Positions 19,939-32,138 are shown, counted from the first letter of the stretch. The stretch: DNA of 64,000 bases from Alphaproteobacteria bacterium (GCA_028708035.1 JAQVZU010000002.1:300-64299), one strand, 5' to 3'. Notes: generated from the sequence alone by a model not told the origin. Numbers and translations: made by a program.

Positions 19939-20054
19939 ATTTTTGCCGTTTTACTGCTAGAAAGTTTCTCTGAAAATCCGGGTTTTTGGCTGAATGTGGA
20001 AATTTGTCCTAAATGCCTCTTTCCTGCTCCCGCGTTAGTTATTAATGTTCACCT

Positions 20055-20990
20055 ATGCCCGATCCATATCAGACCCTCGGCGTCTCTAAAAACGCCTCTG
20101 CAAACGAAATTAAAAGCGCATACCGGAAGCTTGCAAAAAAGTTGCATCCAGACGTGAACCCCGGACGCAAGGACATTGAACAGCGATTTAAGGAAGTCAC
20201 GGCAGCATACGATCTTCTTTCCGATCCTGAAAAGCGAGCCAAATACGACCGCGGCGACATTGATGCTCAAGGACAGGAGCGCGGCTTTGGTGGCGGAGGT
20301 CCGTTCACCGGCGGCTTTCGAAGCGCACGAGGGGGCTACGGACAATCAGGCCAAGACCCTTTTTCCAATTTTGGCGGAATGGAAAATATTTTTGCTGAAT
20401 TTATGAACATGGGCGCAGGCCGCCGACGGCCCGGCGGGGCCGGCCCCACGGAAACAGGCGGAATGCGCGGAAGCGACGTGACATACCCGGTATCAATTTC
20501 CTTTATCGACGCCTGCCTTGGGGGCAAAAAAAGAATTACGCTGACAAACGATAAGACGGTTGACATCGCGATTCCGCCCGGCGTTGAGGATGGCCACAAA
20601 TTGCGCCTCAAAGGTCAGGGACTGGCAGGCTTCGGGGGATCCGCGGGCGATGCAATTATTGAGCTTCACGTTGAACCGCACCCGTATTTTACGAGAAAAG
20701 ATAAAGACATTTATCTTGATCTACCGATTACTCTGCAAGAAGCGATTTTGGGAGGATCGGTGACCGTTCCAACGCTGACAGGGCAGGTGACGCTTAAAAT
20801 CCCGAAGGGCTCCGGCTCGGGCGCAGCTTTGCGGTTGAAGGGGAAAGGCGTGGCGACAACGCCTCCCGGCGACATGTTTGTGAAACCCAAAATTGTCCTT
20901 CCAGACCCCTTGCCTCAAGATCTTTCCAATTTCGTTGAAAAATGGGCCAAGAAGAACGTTTACGACCCCCGAAAAAAAGCGGGGCTATAG
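20055..20990 (+). CDS. cbpA: DnaJ-class chaperone without zinc finger (CbpA-like curved-DNA-binding protein)
   Basis: J-domain DPYQTLGV...KLHPDVNP, a G/F-rich linker and DnaJ C-terminal domains. No CxxCxGxG repeats are present. Confidence 0.75.
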   Translation: MPDPYQTLGVSKNASANEIKSAYRKLAKKLHPDVNPGRKDIEQRFKEVTAAYDLLSDPEKRAKYDRGDIDAQGQERGFGGGGPFTGGFRSARGGYGQSGQDPFSNFGGMENIFAEFMNMGAGRRRPGGAGPTETGGMRGSDVTYPVSISFIDACLGGKKRITLTNDKTVDIAIPPGVEDGHKLRLKGQGLAGFGGSAGDAIIELHVEPHPYFTRKDKDIYLDLPITLQEAILGGSVTVPTLTGQVTLKIPKGSGSGAALRLKGKGVATTPPGDMFVKPKIVLPDPLPQDLSNFVEKWAKKNVYDPRKKAGL

Positions 20991-21149
20991 CCTAACCAAA
21001 AATGAAAGTTTGCTCACTTTTTCTAAAGGAATAAATTTTCTCTTTTGTTTCGTTCTTTCTTTTGCTTCGTAACATCTTTTATTCGAGCATAAAAAATCTA
21101 TGTGTGTTAATATTTAAAAACTTTTTTCTCAATCATGAGGAGTGGACTT

Positions 21150-21332
21150 ATGGCTCTTGAAGACCGTATCGAAGCCTTGAAAAAAAAACATGCTGATTTG
21201 GACAAACAGTTGCATGAGGAAACTTGTCGTGCGAGTGCCGATCAACAAACAATAACCAAGTTGAAATCCATGAAACTTGGCGTCAAGGACGAAATCGAAC
21301 GTCTTACAAAAGGCGATCGCGCCATAGCATAA
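21150..21332 (+). CDS. DUF465/YdcH-family small protein
   Basis: MALEDRIEALKKKHADLDKQLHEE...KLGVKDEIERL matches the DUF465 coiled-coil pattern. It has its own terminator. Confidence 0.6.
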   Translation: MALEDRIEALKKKHADLDKQLHEETCRASADQQTITKLKSMKLGVKDEIERLTKGDRAIA

Positions 21333-21350
21333 TTCTTACACTCAAGAAAA

Positions 21351-21379
21351 AGACCGGGCATTCCCGGTCTTTTTTTTAT
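21351..21379 (+). terminator. Intrinsic terminator
   Basis: GACCGGG-CATTC-CCGGTC hairpin followed by TTTTTTTT. Confidence 0.75.
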
Positions 21380-21476
21380 CCATTTCAAAATTCTTCCACT
21401 TTCCGTTTACTGTTGAAATCGGGTTTTCTTAAGCACATATTCTTAAAAGCGTTTAACTTTGGACAAGGGAGATCCC

Positions 21477-22187
21477 ATGACCGATCCTTTTTTCCGTTCC
21501 GGCGTAGCCGGTCTCGACCGCGTCACATTTGACGCCGGATTGCGTGCGCATATGCAGCGCATTTTCGGATACATGGCGGGTGGCCTTGCGCTGAGTGGCG
21601 CACTTGCCTGGATCACGGCAAACAGCGCTTTGGCGCAAATTCTTTTCGGATCGCCGCTTAAATGGCTTGTGATGCTCGCGCCACTGGCCTTCATCATGGT
21701 GATGAATTTCCGTATGAACACGATTAGTCTGGGATCCCTTAGAATGATGTTCTGGGCTTTCTGCGGTACCATGGGTTTGTCCATGGGGGCAATTTTCCTC
21801 ATTTACACCGACGCCAGCATCGCACGCGCATTCTTCATCACGGCCGCCACTTTCGGCGCAATGAGCCTGTGGGGCTATACAACAAAAGCTAATCTGGCGG
21901 GGTTTGGCTCATTTCTTGCCATGGGTGTTTTTGGCATTCTGATCGCTTCTGTCGTCAACATCTTTTTGCTGTCGCCTATGATGCAGTGGATGCTTTCGGT
22001 TGCTGGCGTTGTAATCTTTACAGGTTTAACGGCTTGGGATGTTCAGCGCATCAAGCAAACCTATGCCGAGTCCTATGGCATTGAGACGAACGAAAAAATG
22101 GCCGTGTTCAATGCGCTCAGTCTTTACCTGAATTTCGTCAACGCTTTCCAGTTTTTGCTGACGCTCTCCGGAGACCGGAGGAATTGA
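21477..22187 (+). CDS. Bax inhibitor-1/YccA-family membrane protein
   Basis: Seven-TM protein with the typical BI-1 N-terminus, then FGYMAGGLALSGALAW... and a C-terminal charged tail. Confidence 0.8.
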   Translation: MTDPFFRSGVAGLDRVTFDAGLRAHMQRIFGYMAGGLALSGALAWITANSALAQILFGSPLKWLVMLAPLAFIMVMNFRMNTISLGSLRMMFWAFCGTMGLSMGAIFLIYTDASIARAFFITAATFGAMSLWGYTTKANLAGFGSFLAMGVFGILIASVVNIFLLSPMMQWMLSVAGVVIFTGLTAWDVQRIKQTYAESYGIETNEKMAVFNALSLYLNFVNAFQFLLTLSGDRRN

Positions 22188-22202
22188 ACAGAGTTTCGGT
22201 AA

Positions 22203-22238
22203 AGAAAAAGCCCGCTCAGTAGAGCGGGCTTTTTTTAC
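22203..22238. terminator. Bidirectional intrinsic terminator
   Basis: GCCCGCTC-AGTA-GAGCGGGC hairpin flanked by an A-run and a T-run, lying between convergent genes. Confidence 0.75.
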
Positions 22239-23470
22239 GCCCTGCGAACTTCCTCGCGCGGCGGGATGGGAATTGATCGTTTATCCGGATCATGCAGATA
22301 CATATTAAGCGTAACAACCGCAGTGTCGACTCGCGGAATGGGCAGCGGCTTCTTTGCCGAAGTCTCGGCCATAAAGTGAGCCAAAGCCCCTGCCCCTTCG
22401 GTGTGAAACGCACGGCGCCCAAGGTTATTCAAGGGATACCAAAGGGAACGGTCTTCGGCGCGGAGCCACAAAAACGTCGCTGGAGCAAGAACGCCGCCAT
22501 TAGTCCTTGCCCAACGCAATGCGCCAAGCATTGCCGTTGTCCGCCAAGCATGCTGATCCATGACGGGCAGAAGTTTTCCCCCGATTTCAGGATCTTTCAG
22601 AATTCTTTTGATCTCGGCGATGATCTCGTGGTCTGGACGAAAGCCCTTGTCGGGAAACCAGCATTCTGAGATACGTCCTAAGAATGTATCGCTTTCTTCG
22701 CGCTTCTGAGCGCCTCTGAGCGCGAACCCCGCGAGTAAGGCTTTCATGTGCAACGGTAAAGAATCGATCCCGTTCCACCGCGGCCCCAACTGCTGAATAA
22801 ACGCGCGCCGGACAGCATCGCGCTCCGGTATCCCATTATTCACAGGGATGCGATGCCATGAAATCCATTCCTCGGGCGAAAGCGCTTCGCCGAAGTGCGG
22901 GATTTTGTCCGGCACCGTGCCCCCGAGAATACGCCCTGATTTGGATGGATTCAGCTTTACGATTGGTGAGAGCACTGGCCACATCTTGGCTTGGGTCGCA
23001 ATCAGGCTTTCAAGAGTATGCTTGGTCATGAATTTATAGCGCGGGGAAAACATGATGCTAAACCCGCCAATCCATAGCAACATGAAAAGAACAGGCCAGC
23101 GATAATAGCGCTCAACCTCGGCAGCGATGGGAGCAAGCGAATTAAGCGAAAGCTGATAGTATGACAATAAATCTTCACGCGGAAGCGATCTGAGAAGATC
23201 GACGCCAAAACACGCGTTTGCAGCCTGAATGACCTGGCCGCTCGGGCGCGGATCGTTGACCTGAGCGGTACGAAGGAAAGTTAGGCATGCATCGTAATTA
23301 TGCGTGAAAAGATTGACGATGAAAAGTTCTCCCCAGCGCAACCACCGCAAAACATAGTTAAGCCAGAAATCGCCAGTCATGCGCCAAAAAACGTATGACA
23401 CCACCGCAATTAGCAAAAGCAGCAGCACAAGAAGAATGCCGGGTTCACCGCCTTGGTTTTGAGCACTCAT
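22235..23470 (-). CDS. Hypothetical membrane protein (two N-terminal hydrophobic segments, large soluble C-terminal domain)
   Basis: 411-aa ORF with ATG start. TM segments ILLVLLLLLIAVVSYVFW and WPVLFMLLWIGGFSIMF precede an acidic/aromatic-rich C-terminal domain. No recognisable catalytic motif. Confidence 0.55.
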   Translation of the reverse strand: MSAQNQGGEPGILLVLLLLLIAVVSYVFWRMTGDFWLNYVLRWLRWGELFIVNLFTHNYDACLTFLRTAQVNDPRPSGQVIQAANACFGVDLLRSLPREDLLSYYQLSLNSLAPIAAEVERYYRWPVLFMLLWIGGFSIMFSPRYKFMTKHTLESLIATQAKMWPVLSPIVKLNPSKSGRILGGTVPDKIPHFGEALSPEEWISWHRIPVNNGIPERDAVRRAFIQQLGPRWNGIDSLPLHMKALLAGFALRGAQKREESDTFLGRISECWFPDKGFRPDHEIIAEIKRILKDPEIGGKLLPVMDQHAWRTTAMLGALRWARTNGGVLAPATFLWLRAEDRSLWYPLNNLGRRAFHTEGAGALAHFMAETSAKKPLPIPRVDTAVVTLNMYLHDPDKRSIPIPPREEVRRA

Positions 23471-23553
23471 GGGCTATAAATAATCCTTCAAAAAACAGGC
23501 TGGATTGTGCACCATTTTCAATGATCTCGCAACACTTTGAAAAGCGGTCCGGC

Positions 23554-24459
23554 CTAGCTTCTAAGCTTCTTGATGATGTCGTCAAGTTGGTCCAAATCAG
23601 TATAAAAAAGCGTTAACGTGCCTGATTTACCCTTGGTGGTTATCTTGACCTTCAATCCAATGACGCGCTCCAACTCTTTTTCAAGGGCCAGAACATCAGC
23701 ACCCTCGTCCGGGTTAGCCCGTTTTTTGTGAATTTCGGGATTATCCTGATCGCGTTTTGCAAGCGTCTCGGCTTGACGGACATTCAGTCCCTTTTTGATG
23801 ATTTCTTTTGCGAGCGCGGCGGGATTTTTCGTCACCACAAGGGCGCGCGCATGGCCATGAGTAAGCCTTCCATCTGAAACCATTTCCCTTACTTCACTAG
23901 GTAAAGTCAGCAATCGAAGCATATTCGTGATATGCGGTCTGCTCTTCCCTACTATCTTTGCAAGTCTTTCCTGCGTATGACCAAATTCCTCAAGGAGCCG
24001 TTTGTATGCCTCGGCTTCTTCGATTGCGTTCAGGTCTTCGCGCTGAACGTTCTCGATAATACCGAATTCCATGGCTTCACGGTCGGAGAGTTCGCGCACA
24101 AGCACCGGAACGTCATGAACACCCGCCATCTGCGCCGCACGCCATCTGCGCTCGCCAGCGACAATCTCATATTTGTTTTTTTCGCCGGGCATAGGGCGAA
24201 CCAGAAGCGGCTCGAGAATGCCGCGTTCCTGAATAGACGAGGCAAGTTCCGACAAAGCCTCATCGTCGAAATGCGTCCTCGGCTGGTACTTGCCCGATTG
24301 CAGGTAGGAAATCGGGAGGCGCTGCAAGCCGTTGGCAGCGTCGCCCGTCGAAGCGGACCCGGGTGCTCCGGCTGATGGCTTGAACGACGCGTCAATATCG
24401 CCGAGTAAAGCCGATAATCCGCGCCCAAGCGGAGACGGTTTTAATGATGTAGTGCTCAT
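23554..24459 (-). CDS. parB: Chromosome partitioning protein ParB
   Basis: ParB box II region IVAGERRWRAA and HTH SQERLAKIVGKSRPHITNMLRLL. Lies downstream of parA. Confidence 0.9.
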   Translation of the reverse strand: MSTTSLKPSPLGRGLSALLGDIDASFKPSAGAPGSASTGDAANGLQRLPISYLQSGKYQPRTHFDDEALSELASSIQERGILEPLLVRPMPGEKNKYEIVAGERRWRAAQMAGVHDVPVLVRELSDREAMEFGIIENVQREDLNAIEEAEAYKRLLEEFGHTQERLAKIVGKSRPHITNMLRLLTLPSEVREMVSDGRLTHGHARALVVTKNPAALAKEIIKKGLNVRQAETLAKRDQDNPEIHKKRANPDEGADVLALEKELERVIGLKVKITTKGKSGTLTLFYTDLDQLDDIIKKLRS

Positions 24460-24488
24460 TTATCCACCCTTAGAATCGTTTAGCTTTC

Positions 24489-25310
24489 TCAATTTCCAAC
24501 GGCCCAACGTTTGTCGTCGTCGCGATCATTCTTAATGCCGAATTCGCGCTTCAGAACTTCGCTTGCCAACTGCATATAAGCCCGTGATCCGCTGCACTTG
24601 AGATCGTACAGAAGCACCGGCTTGCCGTGAGACGGCGCTTCCGAAACGCGCACGTTCCGGGGTATAACGGTTTCGTAGACCTTTTCTCCGAAATATGAGC
24701 GCACATCGCTCGCCACAGCGTCCGAAAGGCTGTTGCGCTTGTCGTACATAGTTAGAATGACGCCCTGAATTTCAAGATCGGGATTGAATCTGGCCCGAAT
24801 GGCCTCGATAGTCTGAAGCAGGCTTGATACGCCTTCGAGCGCATAGAATTCCGGCTGCAACGGAATCATAATCGCATGAGCCGCCACCAACGCGTTGAGC
24901 GTAATGAGATTAAGCGACGGCGGACAGTCAATAAAAATAACGTCATAATCCTTGGCGCTGCGATCAAGCGCATCCTTCATCCGGAATTCGCGCCGGTCGA
25001 TAGTCACAAGCTGAATTTCCGCGCCCGCAAGATCGGCTGAAGATGTAATCACCGAGAGATTAGGCACCGCGGTCGGTTTTGCGACATCTTCGACGGACAT
25101 CCCGTCAAACATCAGCTCATAACATCCCGTTCCGCGTTCAGCGCGAACGAATCCGATGCCGGTCGACGCATTTCCCTGCGGATCGGCATCGACGACCAGA
25201 ACACGCTTGCCTACCGCCGCAAGAGCTGTGGCAAGATTGACTGTGGTTGTGGTTTTACCAACGCCGCCTTTTTGGTTGACAACAGCGATGATGCGGCAAT
25301 TTAAGGTCAT
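24489..25310 (-). CDS. parA: Chromosome partitioning ATPase ParA
   Basis: Deviant Walker A KGGVGKTTT and a ParA/MinD fold. Confidence 0.9.
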   Translation of the reverse strand: MTLNCRIIAVVNQKGGVGKTTTTVNLATALAAVGKRVLVVDADPQGNASTGIGFVRAERGTGCYELMFDGMSVEDVAKPTAVPNLSVITSSADLAGAEIQLVTIDRREFRMKDALDRSAKDYDVIFIDCPPSLNLITLNALVAAHAIMIPLQPEFYALEGVSSLLQTIEAIRARFNPDLEIQGVILTMYDKRNSLSDAVASDVRSYFGEKVYETVIPRNVRVSEAPSHGKPVLLYDLKCSGSRAYMQLASEVLKREFGIKNDRDDDKRWAVGN

Positions 25311-25319
25311 TTTAGGTAG

Positions 25320-25949
25320 TTAATGTTTTCGTCGGAGGTTTTTTATAACAACGATCTGCCCTGAAGCATCGCTTTGGCTTTGGTGAATTTCTGGATCGAA
25401 TGTCCAATATTTTTTAGCCTCTGTCAATTCTTCGCTCAGAGACTTCCCCTTTAAAAAAAGCCCTACAGAATCATTCTTCATCAAGGTCTTGGCGTATCTC
25501 AGAAGCTCTGGAAGCGCCTTAACTGCGCGCGCCGTGACGACATCAGCTTTCAAGTCTCGAATATCCTCCGCCCGTTCGCGCCGGACAACGACGTTTAGCC
25601 CAAGTTCATCAACGACAGACTGGAGAAAATCGGCTTTTTTTCCTGTGCTTTCTATTTCGTGGATCTCAAGCGGCAAGGCCTTTTCTTTAGCCAAAATAGC
25701 CAAAACAAGACCCGGAAACCCCGCCCCTGCCCCAATATCAGCTAGAATACTCGCTGTGTCCGGAATAAATGGCATAAGTTGCGCGCTATCAAGAAAATGA
25801 CGGCTATAGATTGTTTCTAGCGTACTTTTGGCCACAAGGTTGATTTTTTCATTCCACTGAATTAATGACTTTTTGTAAAGAGTTAGCCTGTGGATAGTTT
25901 CATAAGAAACAGAAAATGCGGAAAAGAAGCTTTTTTCGTCGTCGGTCAT
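25320..25949 (-). CDS. rsmG: 16S rRNA m7G527 methyltransferase RsmG (GidB)
   Basis: 209-aa protein with the SAM-binding motif [11 protein letters not shown]. Lies downstream of mnmG. Confidence 0.85.
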   Translation of the reverse strand: MTDDEKSFFSAFSVSYETIHRLTLYKKSLIQWNEKINLVAKSTLETIYSRHFLDSAQLMPFIPDTASILADIGAGAGFPGLVLAILAKEKALPLEIHEIESTGKKADFLQSVVDELGLNVVVRRERAEDIRDLKADVVTARAVKALPELLRYAKTLMKNDSVGLFLKGKSLSEELTEAKKYWTFDPEIHQSQSDASGQIVVIKNLRRKH

Positions 25950-27844
25950 GAAATACCTCCTGAATAACGGCCCTGCTCCCCCTCGTTACGTTTTCTCTTC
26001 ACATAGCGCAAAAGGGCTATCACAGCCGCCGGAGTTACTCCCGGGATTCGCGCCGCCGCTCCCAGCGTTTCAGGCTTAATCTGTCGAAGCTTTTGCCGAA
26101 TTTCCGTCGAAAGGCTTCCAATAGACTCCACATCCAAATCCGCAGGCAAAATTAAAGCCTCATCCTTTTTGAACGCCCGGATATCAATTTCTTGGCGCTC
26201 CAAATACCCTGCGTATTTTCCCTCAATTTCAAGTTGCTCGGCAATTTCTGGTGAAATTCCAGCCAATTCGGGCCAAACGTCTATAAGCGTTTTTAGTCCG
26301 ATACTGACATAAGAAATCAGCTCTAGCGCCGAACGAACCACCCCATCGGCATTAATCCGTATACCTTTGGCCGCCAACTTGTTCGGGGAAGCGTTTAGCC
26401 GATCCATCAAGGCGCGCGCCTCGGCAAGCTCACGCATCTTATCGGAAAACGCCTTTTGACGATGCGGGCTGATACAGCCCAACGCGATTCCCATGGGTGT
26501 AAGCCGTTGGTCCGCATTATCGGCCCTCAGAGTCAGCCTGTACTCGGCTCGGGATGTAAACATCCGATAGGGCTCATTAACGCCTTTTGTAACCAGATCG
26601 TCTATCAGAACGCCTATATAAGCTTGGGTACGGTCAAGTGTGAAAGCGGGCTTTCCGCCAACCTTCAACGCCGCATTGATCCCTGCGATAAGCCCTTGAG
26701 CCGCAGCCTCTTCGTATCCTGTCGTTCCGTTGATTTGTCCCGCAAAGAAAAGCCCTGGTACGCGCTTGGTTTCAAGCGTCGCTTTTAGTTCTCGTGGATC
26801 GCAAAAGTCATATTCAATCGCATAGCCGTACCGAATAACCCGTACGTCGGCCAGCCCTTCAATAGAGCGGATAAATGCATCTTGAACATCCACCGGCATC
26901 GATGTCGAAATTCCATTTGGATAGACGGTGTCGTCATCAAGTCCTTCTGGTTCAAGAAAAACCTGGTGCCGTTTTTTGTCGGCAAAGCGAACGACTTTGT
27001 CTTCAATAGACGGACAATAGCGGGGTCCGCGGCTTTTTATTTGCCCGGAATACATAGGCGCGCGATGTAAATTCGCGCGAATGATTTCGAGCGTCTTATC
27101 CGTTGTGTGCGTAATCCCACATGAAACCTGTGTATTAGAAATATGGGCCGTAAGCGTCGAAAAAGGAACAAGCGGGTTATCTCCTGCCTGCATTTCCATA
27201 ACGCTCCAATCGATGGTTTTTCCATCGAGCCTCGATGGCGTCCCTGTCTTTAACCGCCCCAAGGTAAACCCAAGCCTCTCAAGCGCAATGCTTATTCCGC
27301 AAGAAGGTGGCTCATTGATACGTCCCGCGGGAGTTTGGGTCTCTCCCTGATGGATGATACCGCGAAGAAATGTCCCCGTCGTCACAACCACCGCGCCCGC
27401 ATAATACTTAGCGCCAGACGCTGTAACAACGCCAGAAATGCAGCCGTTTTCCGATGCAATCAGGTCTTCGACGGGATCGGCTCGCACTTCGAGATTCGAC
27501 TGGTTTTTCAGTGCCTCAAACATTGCGCGTCTGTAGAGCTTCCTGTCCGCTTGACAGCGGATCCCCTGCACTGCCGGACCCTTACTTCTATTTAAAACGC
27601 GAAACTGTATCCCCGCCGCATCCGCAACACGCCCCATAACACCGTCGAGAGCATCGATTTCGCGCACAAGGTGTCCTTTGCCAAGCCCACCGATAGCAGG
27701 GTTGCACGACATTTCCCCCACAGTTTCAAGCTTATGAGTCAACAATAGCGTGCATGCGCCCATGCGCGCTGCCGCTGCCGCCGCTTCGCATCCTGCGTGA
27801 CCGGCTCCAATGACGATAACATCGAAAGCAAACATCGCGGACAC
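25946..27844 (-). CDS. mnmG: tRNA uridine-5-carboxymethylaminomethyl modification enzyme MnmG (GidA)
   Basis: FAD-binding motif [14 protein letters not shown] and a conserved GidA core. 632 aa. Confidence 0.9.
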   Translation of the reverse strand: MSAMFAFDVIVIGAGHAGCEAAAAAARMGACTLLLTHKLETVGEMSCNPAIGGLGKGHLVREIDALDGVMGRVADAAGIQFRVLNRSKGPAVQGIRCQADRKLYRRAMFEALKNQSNLEVRADPVEDLIASENGCISGVVTASGAKYYAGAVVVTTGTFLRGIIHQGETQTPAGRINEPPSCGISIALERLGFTLGRLKTGTPSRLDGKTIDWSVMEMQAGDNPLVPFSTLTAHISNTQVSCGITHTTDKTLEIIRANLHRAPMYSGQIKSRGPRYCPSIEDKVVRFADKKRHQVFLEPEGLDDDTVYPNGISTSMPVDVQDAFIRSIEGLADVRVIRYGYAIEYDFCDPRELKATLETKRVPGLFFAGQINGTTGYEEAAAQGLIAGINAALKVGGKPAFTLDRTQAYIGVLIDDLVTKGVNEPYRMFTSRAEYRLTLRADNADQRLTPMGIALGCISPHRQKAFSDKMRELAEARALMDRLNASPNKLAAKGIRINADGVVRSALELISYVSIGLKTLIDVWPELAGISPEIAEQLEIEGKYAGYLERQEIDIRAFKKDEALILPADLDVESIGSLSTEIRQKLRQIKPETLGAAARIPGVTPAAVIALLRYVKRKRNEGEQGRYSGGIS

Positions 27845-27962
27845 ATACGGGAAAAAGCCCGTAAAATCAACAATAACTGATTAAATCTGAATAATTAACA
27901 CTATCCTTATCATTATCCCGTACACTGTGACCATACTTAAAATCCCTGTATTTTGAGGGAAA

Positions 27963-28625
27963 ATGGGACGTTTATTAACGCTAGATGATTTACAGAAGCA
28001 ATTTGATATCACACGCGACTCCCTTGCGGTCGCGCGGAGAGAAATCCTTGGCGCATCGCCCCTGCCCCCGGACTATTCACGCGACAGTTACAGTTTCTCA
28101 TATCTCCGCGCCGAGCGCATCGGCATGGCGATCATTTCAAATCGGCTTGAAGACATCGCTTTCCTTCCCCTTCATCTCGACCCGCGCGTCGAAATCATGA
28201 TGGATAATAAAAATTCTTTCAAAAAATGGCTGTCCTCAACTTGCCAAGATCAGCCCGACAGTACACAGTTCGGAAACGATTTTATTCATGCTCTAACGCG
28301 CGTTGCCGTAACACAAGGTTGGCAAAGCCCTGAATTTAGATCCATGGCGTATCGCATCGGAGAATTGTTTCATGATCTCTCTTGTCTTATCGGTTTGATC
28401 TATTACGGCGTTTGGATGGCCGAAAATGGAATAGGCGGCGTGTTGGTTTCCGACCCTTATGATCTTGAACGCACAGCGAGAGAAATAGCCGATCTGGCCA
28501 TCTCTCCCGAAGTACAGGATCTCATCGCCGACAACAACAAGGCCAGGCGCAAGCACGGTCCAGATTTACATCTTGTCGAAACAGCCCCAGACGGTGGCGT
28601 TCCGCCACCATTTTCTGATAGATGA
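27963..28625 (+). CDS. Hypothetical protein (no recognisable domain)
   Basis: 220-aa ORF with ATG start. It is divergent from mnmG and co-directional with the downstream GGDEF gene. Confidence 0.5.
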   Translation: MGRLLTLDDLQKQFDITRDSLAVARREILGASPLPPDYSRDSYSFSYLRAERIGMAIISNRLEDIAFLPLHLDPRVEIMMDNKNSFKKWLSSTCQDQPDSTQFGNDFIHALTRVAVTQGWQSPEFRSMAYRIGELFHDLSCLIGLIYYGVWMAENGIGGVLVSDPYDLERTAREIADLAISPEVQDLIADNNKARRKHGPDLHLVETAPDGGVPPPFSDR

Positions 28626-28708
28626 TCTTTCTCTACGGCGTTAAAGACTTGATTACTAATCTTTGCATATGCTGAATCTATGACATATTTCAAGTTTTAT
28701 GGACCATT

Positions 28709-30073
28709 TTGGTCATGACGAAAAAGATCCGCATTCATCCAACCGATGCGCCGTCAAAGCTAACGCATATCAACCAGAAACAGGTCACACCGGATTTCCG
28801 CTCGTTTTTCGACGAATTTGTCCAAGGCATTATTGTTCACAGAAACTTCAAGCCGCTCTACGCAAACAATGCATTCGCGTCGTTGTTCGGTTATAAAAAT
28901 TCTGGCGAGGTTTTGGCTCTTCCCCTACTTCGCGAGCTTGTTCCTAATGATCTTTGGCCATCCGTCGAAATTGAATACGACGAAATGATGCGCGGCCTTA
29001 AAGAAGCCTACATTGGCCGTTCACGATGTGTCCACAAAAACGGACAGGAATTCTGGTGCGCTATAACGCTACGCGTCATCGATTGGCTAGACGGCCCTGC
29101 AATGATGCTTACTGCCTATGACATTACCCAACAAGTCGAACTCGAATATGGCCTTCTCACCAATGAGCAAAAGCTGCGGTCTGTTCTAGAAATTCTCCCG
29201 TATCCTATCTACATCTCGCGGCGCTCCGATGGACAAATTATGTTTGTCAACAGGAAAAGCTGCCTGTTGTTTCAGAAAAGCGCTGGACAGTTTCTACGTT
29301 CCACCGCCGACGAACTTTTTGTCGATCCGCAGGACAGGCAAAATCTTTTGAACCTGTTCCAAACAATTTCGGACGTTCGAGAGATCGAGGTCCGAATGAA
29401 GACCTCGCAAAACCGCTCGTTCATCGCAGAACTTGCCTCCATAGCTATCGACTATAATGGAGACAAAGCTTTTCTCGTCGCTCTCAACGACATTTCTCAA
29501 AGGAAAATACTTGAAGCCGAACTTTTCAGGCAGGCCTCCATTGATGCGCTGACAGGGATCAACAATCGTGGGCATTTCCAAAGTCTGGCGGAACAGGAAG
29601 TACGCCGCGCGCGGCGTTTTTCAAGAGCCCTCACCGCCTTGATGATAGACATCGATTTTTTTAAGCCTATCAACGATACCTTTGGACATGCAGCGGGAGA
29701 TGTCGTTCTTCAAGGAATTGTGAAACGCGCTACAGAAAGCTTGCGTCAATCCGACTGCATCGGTCGTGTCGGTGGAGAAGAATTTGCCGTATTATTGCCC
29801 GAAACGTCCATCTCGGCGGCTTATGACGTTGCCGATCGTCTTCGCAAACATATCGAGGAAAAACCTATTGTTGCCGGACATCAAGCCATCTCTTGCACAG
29901 TCAGCATAGGCATTGCCGAATTGATTCCCGAAGACAGCGGCATCGACGATCTCCTAAGGCGCGCCGATAAGGCCCTTTACGCTGCCAAGCAAGCAGGCCG
30001 CAACAGGGTAGAGCCCAAAAGGGAGCTTAGTGAATCAAAAATAAGCGTGGGAAAAAGGGCCTCTGATTCCTAA
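28709..30073 (+). CDS. PAS-domain diguanylate cyclase (GGDEF, intact GGEEF active site)
   Basis: C-terminal GGDEF domain with the RxxD-like I-site region and active-site GGEEF (RVGGEEFAVLLP). N-terminal PAS-like repeats are present. Confidence 0.8.
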   Translation: MVMTKKIRIHPTDAPSKLTHINQKQVTPDFRSFFDEFVQGIIVHRNFKPLYANNAFASLFGYKNSGEVLALPLLRELVPNDLWPSVEIEYDEMMRGLKEAYIGRSRCVHKNGQEFWCAITLRVIDWLDGPAMMLTAYDITQQVELEYGLLTNEQKLRSVLEILPYPIYISRRSDGQIMFVNRKSCLLFQKSAGQFLRSTADELFVDPQDRQNLLNLFQTISDVREIEVRMKTSQNRSFIAELASIAIDYNGDKAFLVALNDISQRKILEAELFRQASIDALTGINNRGHFQSLAEQEVRRARRFSRALTALMIDIDFFKPINDTFGHAAGDVVLQGIVKRATESLRQSDCIGRVGGEEFAVLLPETSISAAYDVADRLRKHIEEKPIVAGHQAISCTVSIGIAELIPEDSGIDDLLRRADKALYAAKQAGRNRVEPKRELSESKISVGKRASDS

Positions 30074-30096
30074 CGGGAAAACGAAGCCCCTGCCCT

Positions 30097-31473
<1,377 letters not shown>

Positions 31474-31479
31474 TATATC

Positions 31480-32130
31480 GGGAGAAATTACAGCGAGGTT
31501 GCCCTAACTGGACACGTTCGCTAATGCTGGGTGAGATTCCGGCGGTAGATAAAAAGAAGCACGAAAACTACTGCGCCGGAGCAGGGCCTTCTTTAGACAA
31601 AGGAACGACCAAAGTCAAGAAGTCCTTGCGGCATAAGCTCAAAAGAATGTTCGATATTAACCAAAAAAATGGCTTTCTTGAAATTTTTTGTCTGAAGGCT
31701 TGTAAATTTAGAAAAGATTAAGAAATTTCTTAAATTGTATGTTTTAAGATTTGTTAACTTCCTTTTATGAGTTTTCCCCTCTCTTTTTTCTTAATATAAA
31801 TATAATAAAAGATTGTAGAAGTAAGTTGTATCAGTGAGTTATGTGGATACAATATATTCAAACACTATCCCTTACTTCTGCACAAATTTTTTACGATTCA
31901 TAAATCCAAGTTAAAATTTCTAAACAGTTCGTAACTTCTCATTAATCCTTCTTTAACCTAGACTTGGATAAATCTGTGGAAAACGAGGATAACTAAGACC
32001 AAAAGTTATCCCACTTATTAACAAAGGGTAAACAATAATTAACCAAGATGGTGATAAAAGTATGAACCAAATTGCTTGAAGCGTATAAAAAACTTGCTAA
32101 CTGGTTTTTTTGCCAACTTATCCCCACTAT
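31480..32130. other. Putative chromosomal replication origin (oriC) in the AT-rich rho-DUF299 intergenic region
   Basis: GC content here is markedly lower than in the flanks. A perfect CtrA-type site TTAA-N7-TTAAC lies at 31942-31957. DnaA-box variants TGTGGATAC (31842-31850) and TGTGGAAAA (31975-31983) are each 8/9 matches to TTATCCACA. A 16-bp palindrome TTAAGAAATTTCTTAA lies at 31718-31733. The downstream gene is the DUF299 homolog that flanks Cori in Caulobacter and Rickettsia. Confidence 0.5.
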
Positions 32131-32138
32131 TAAGAGCT

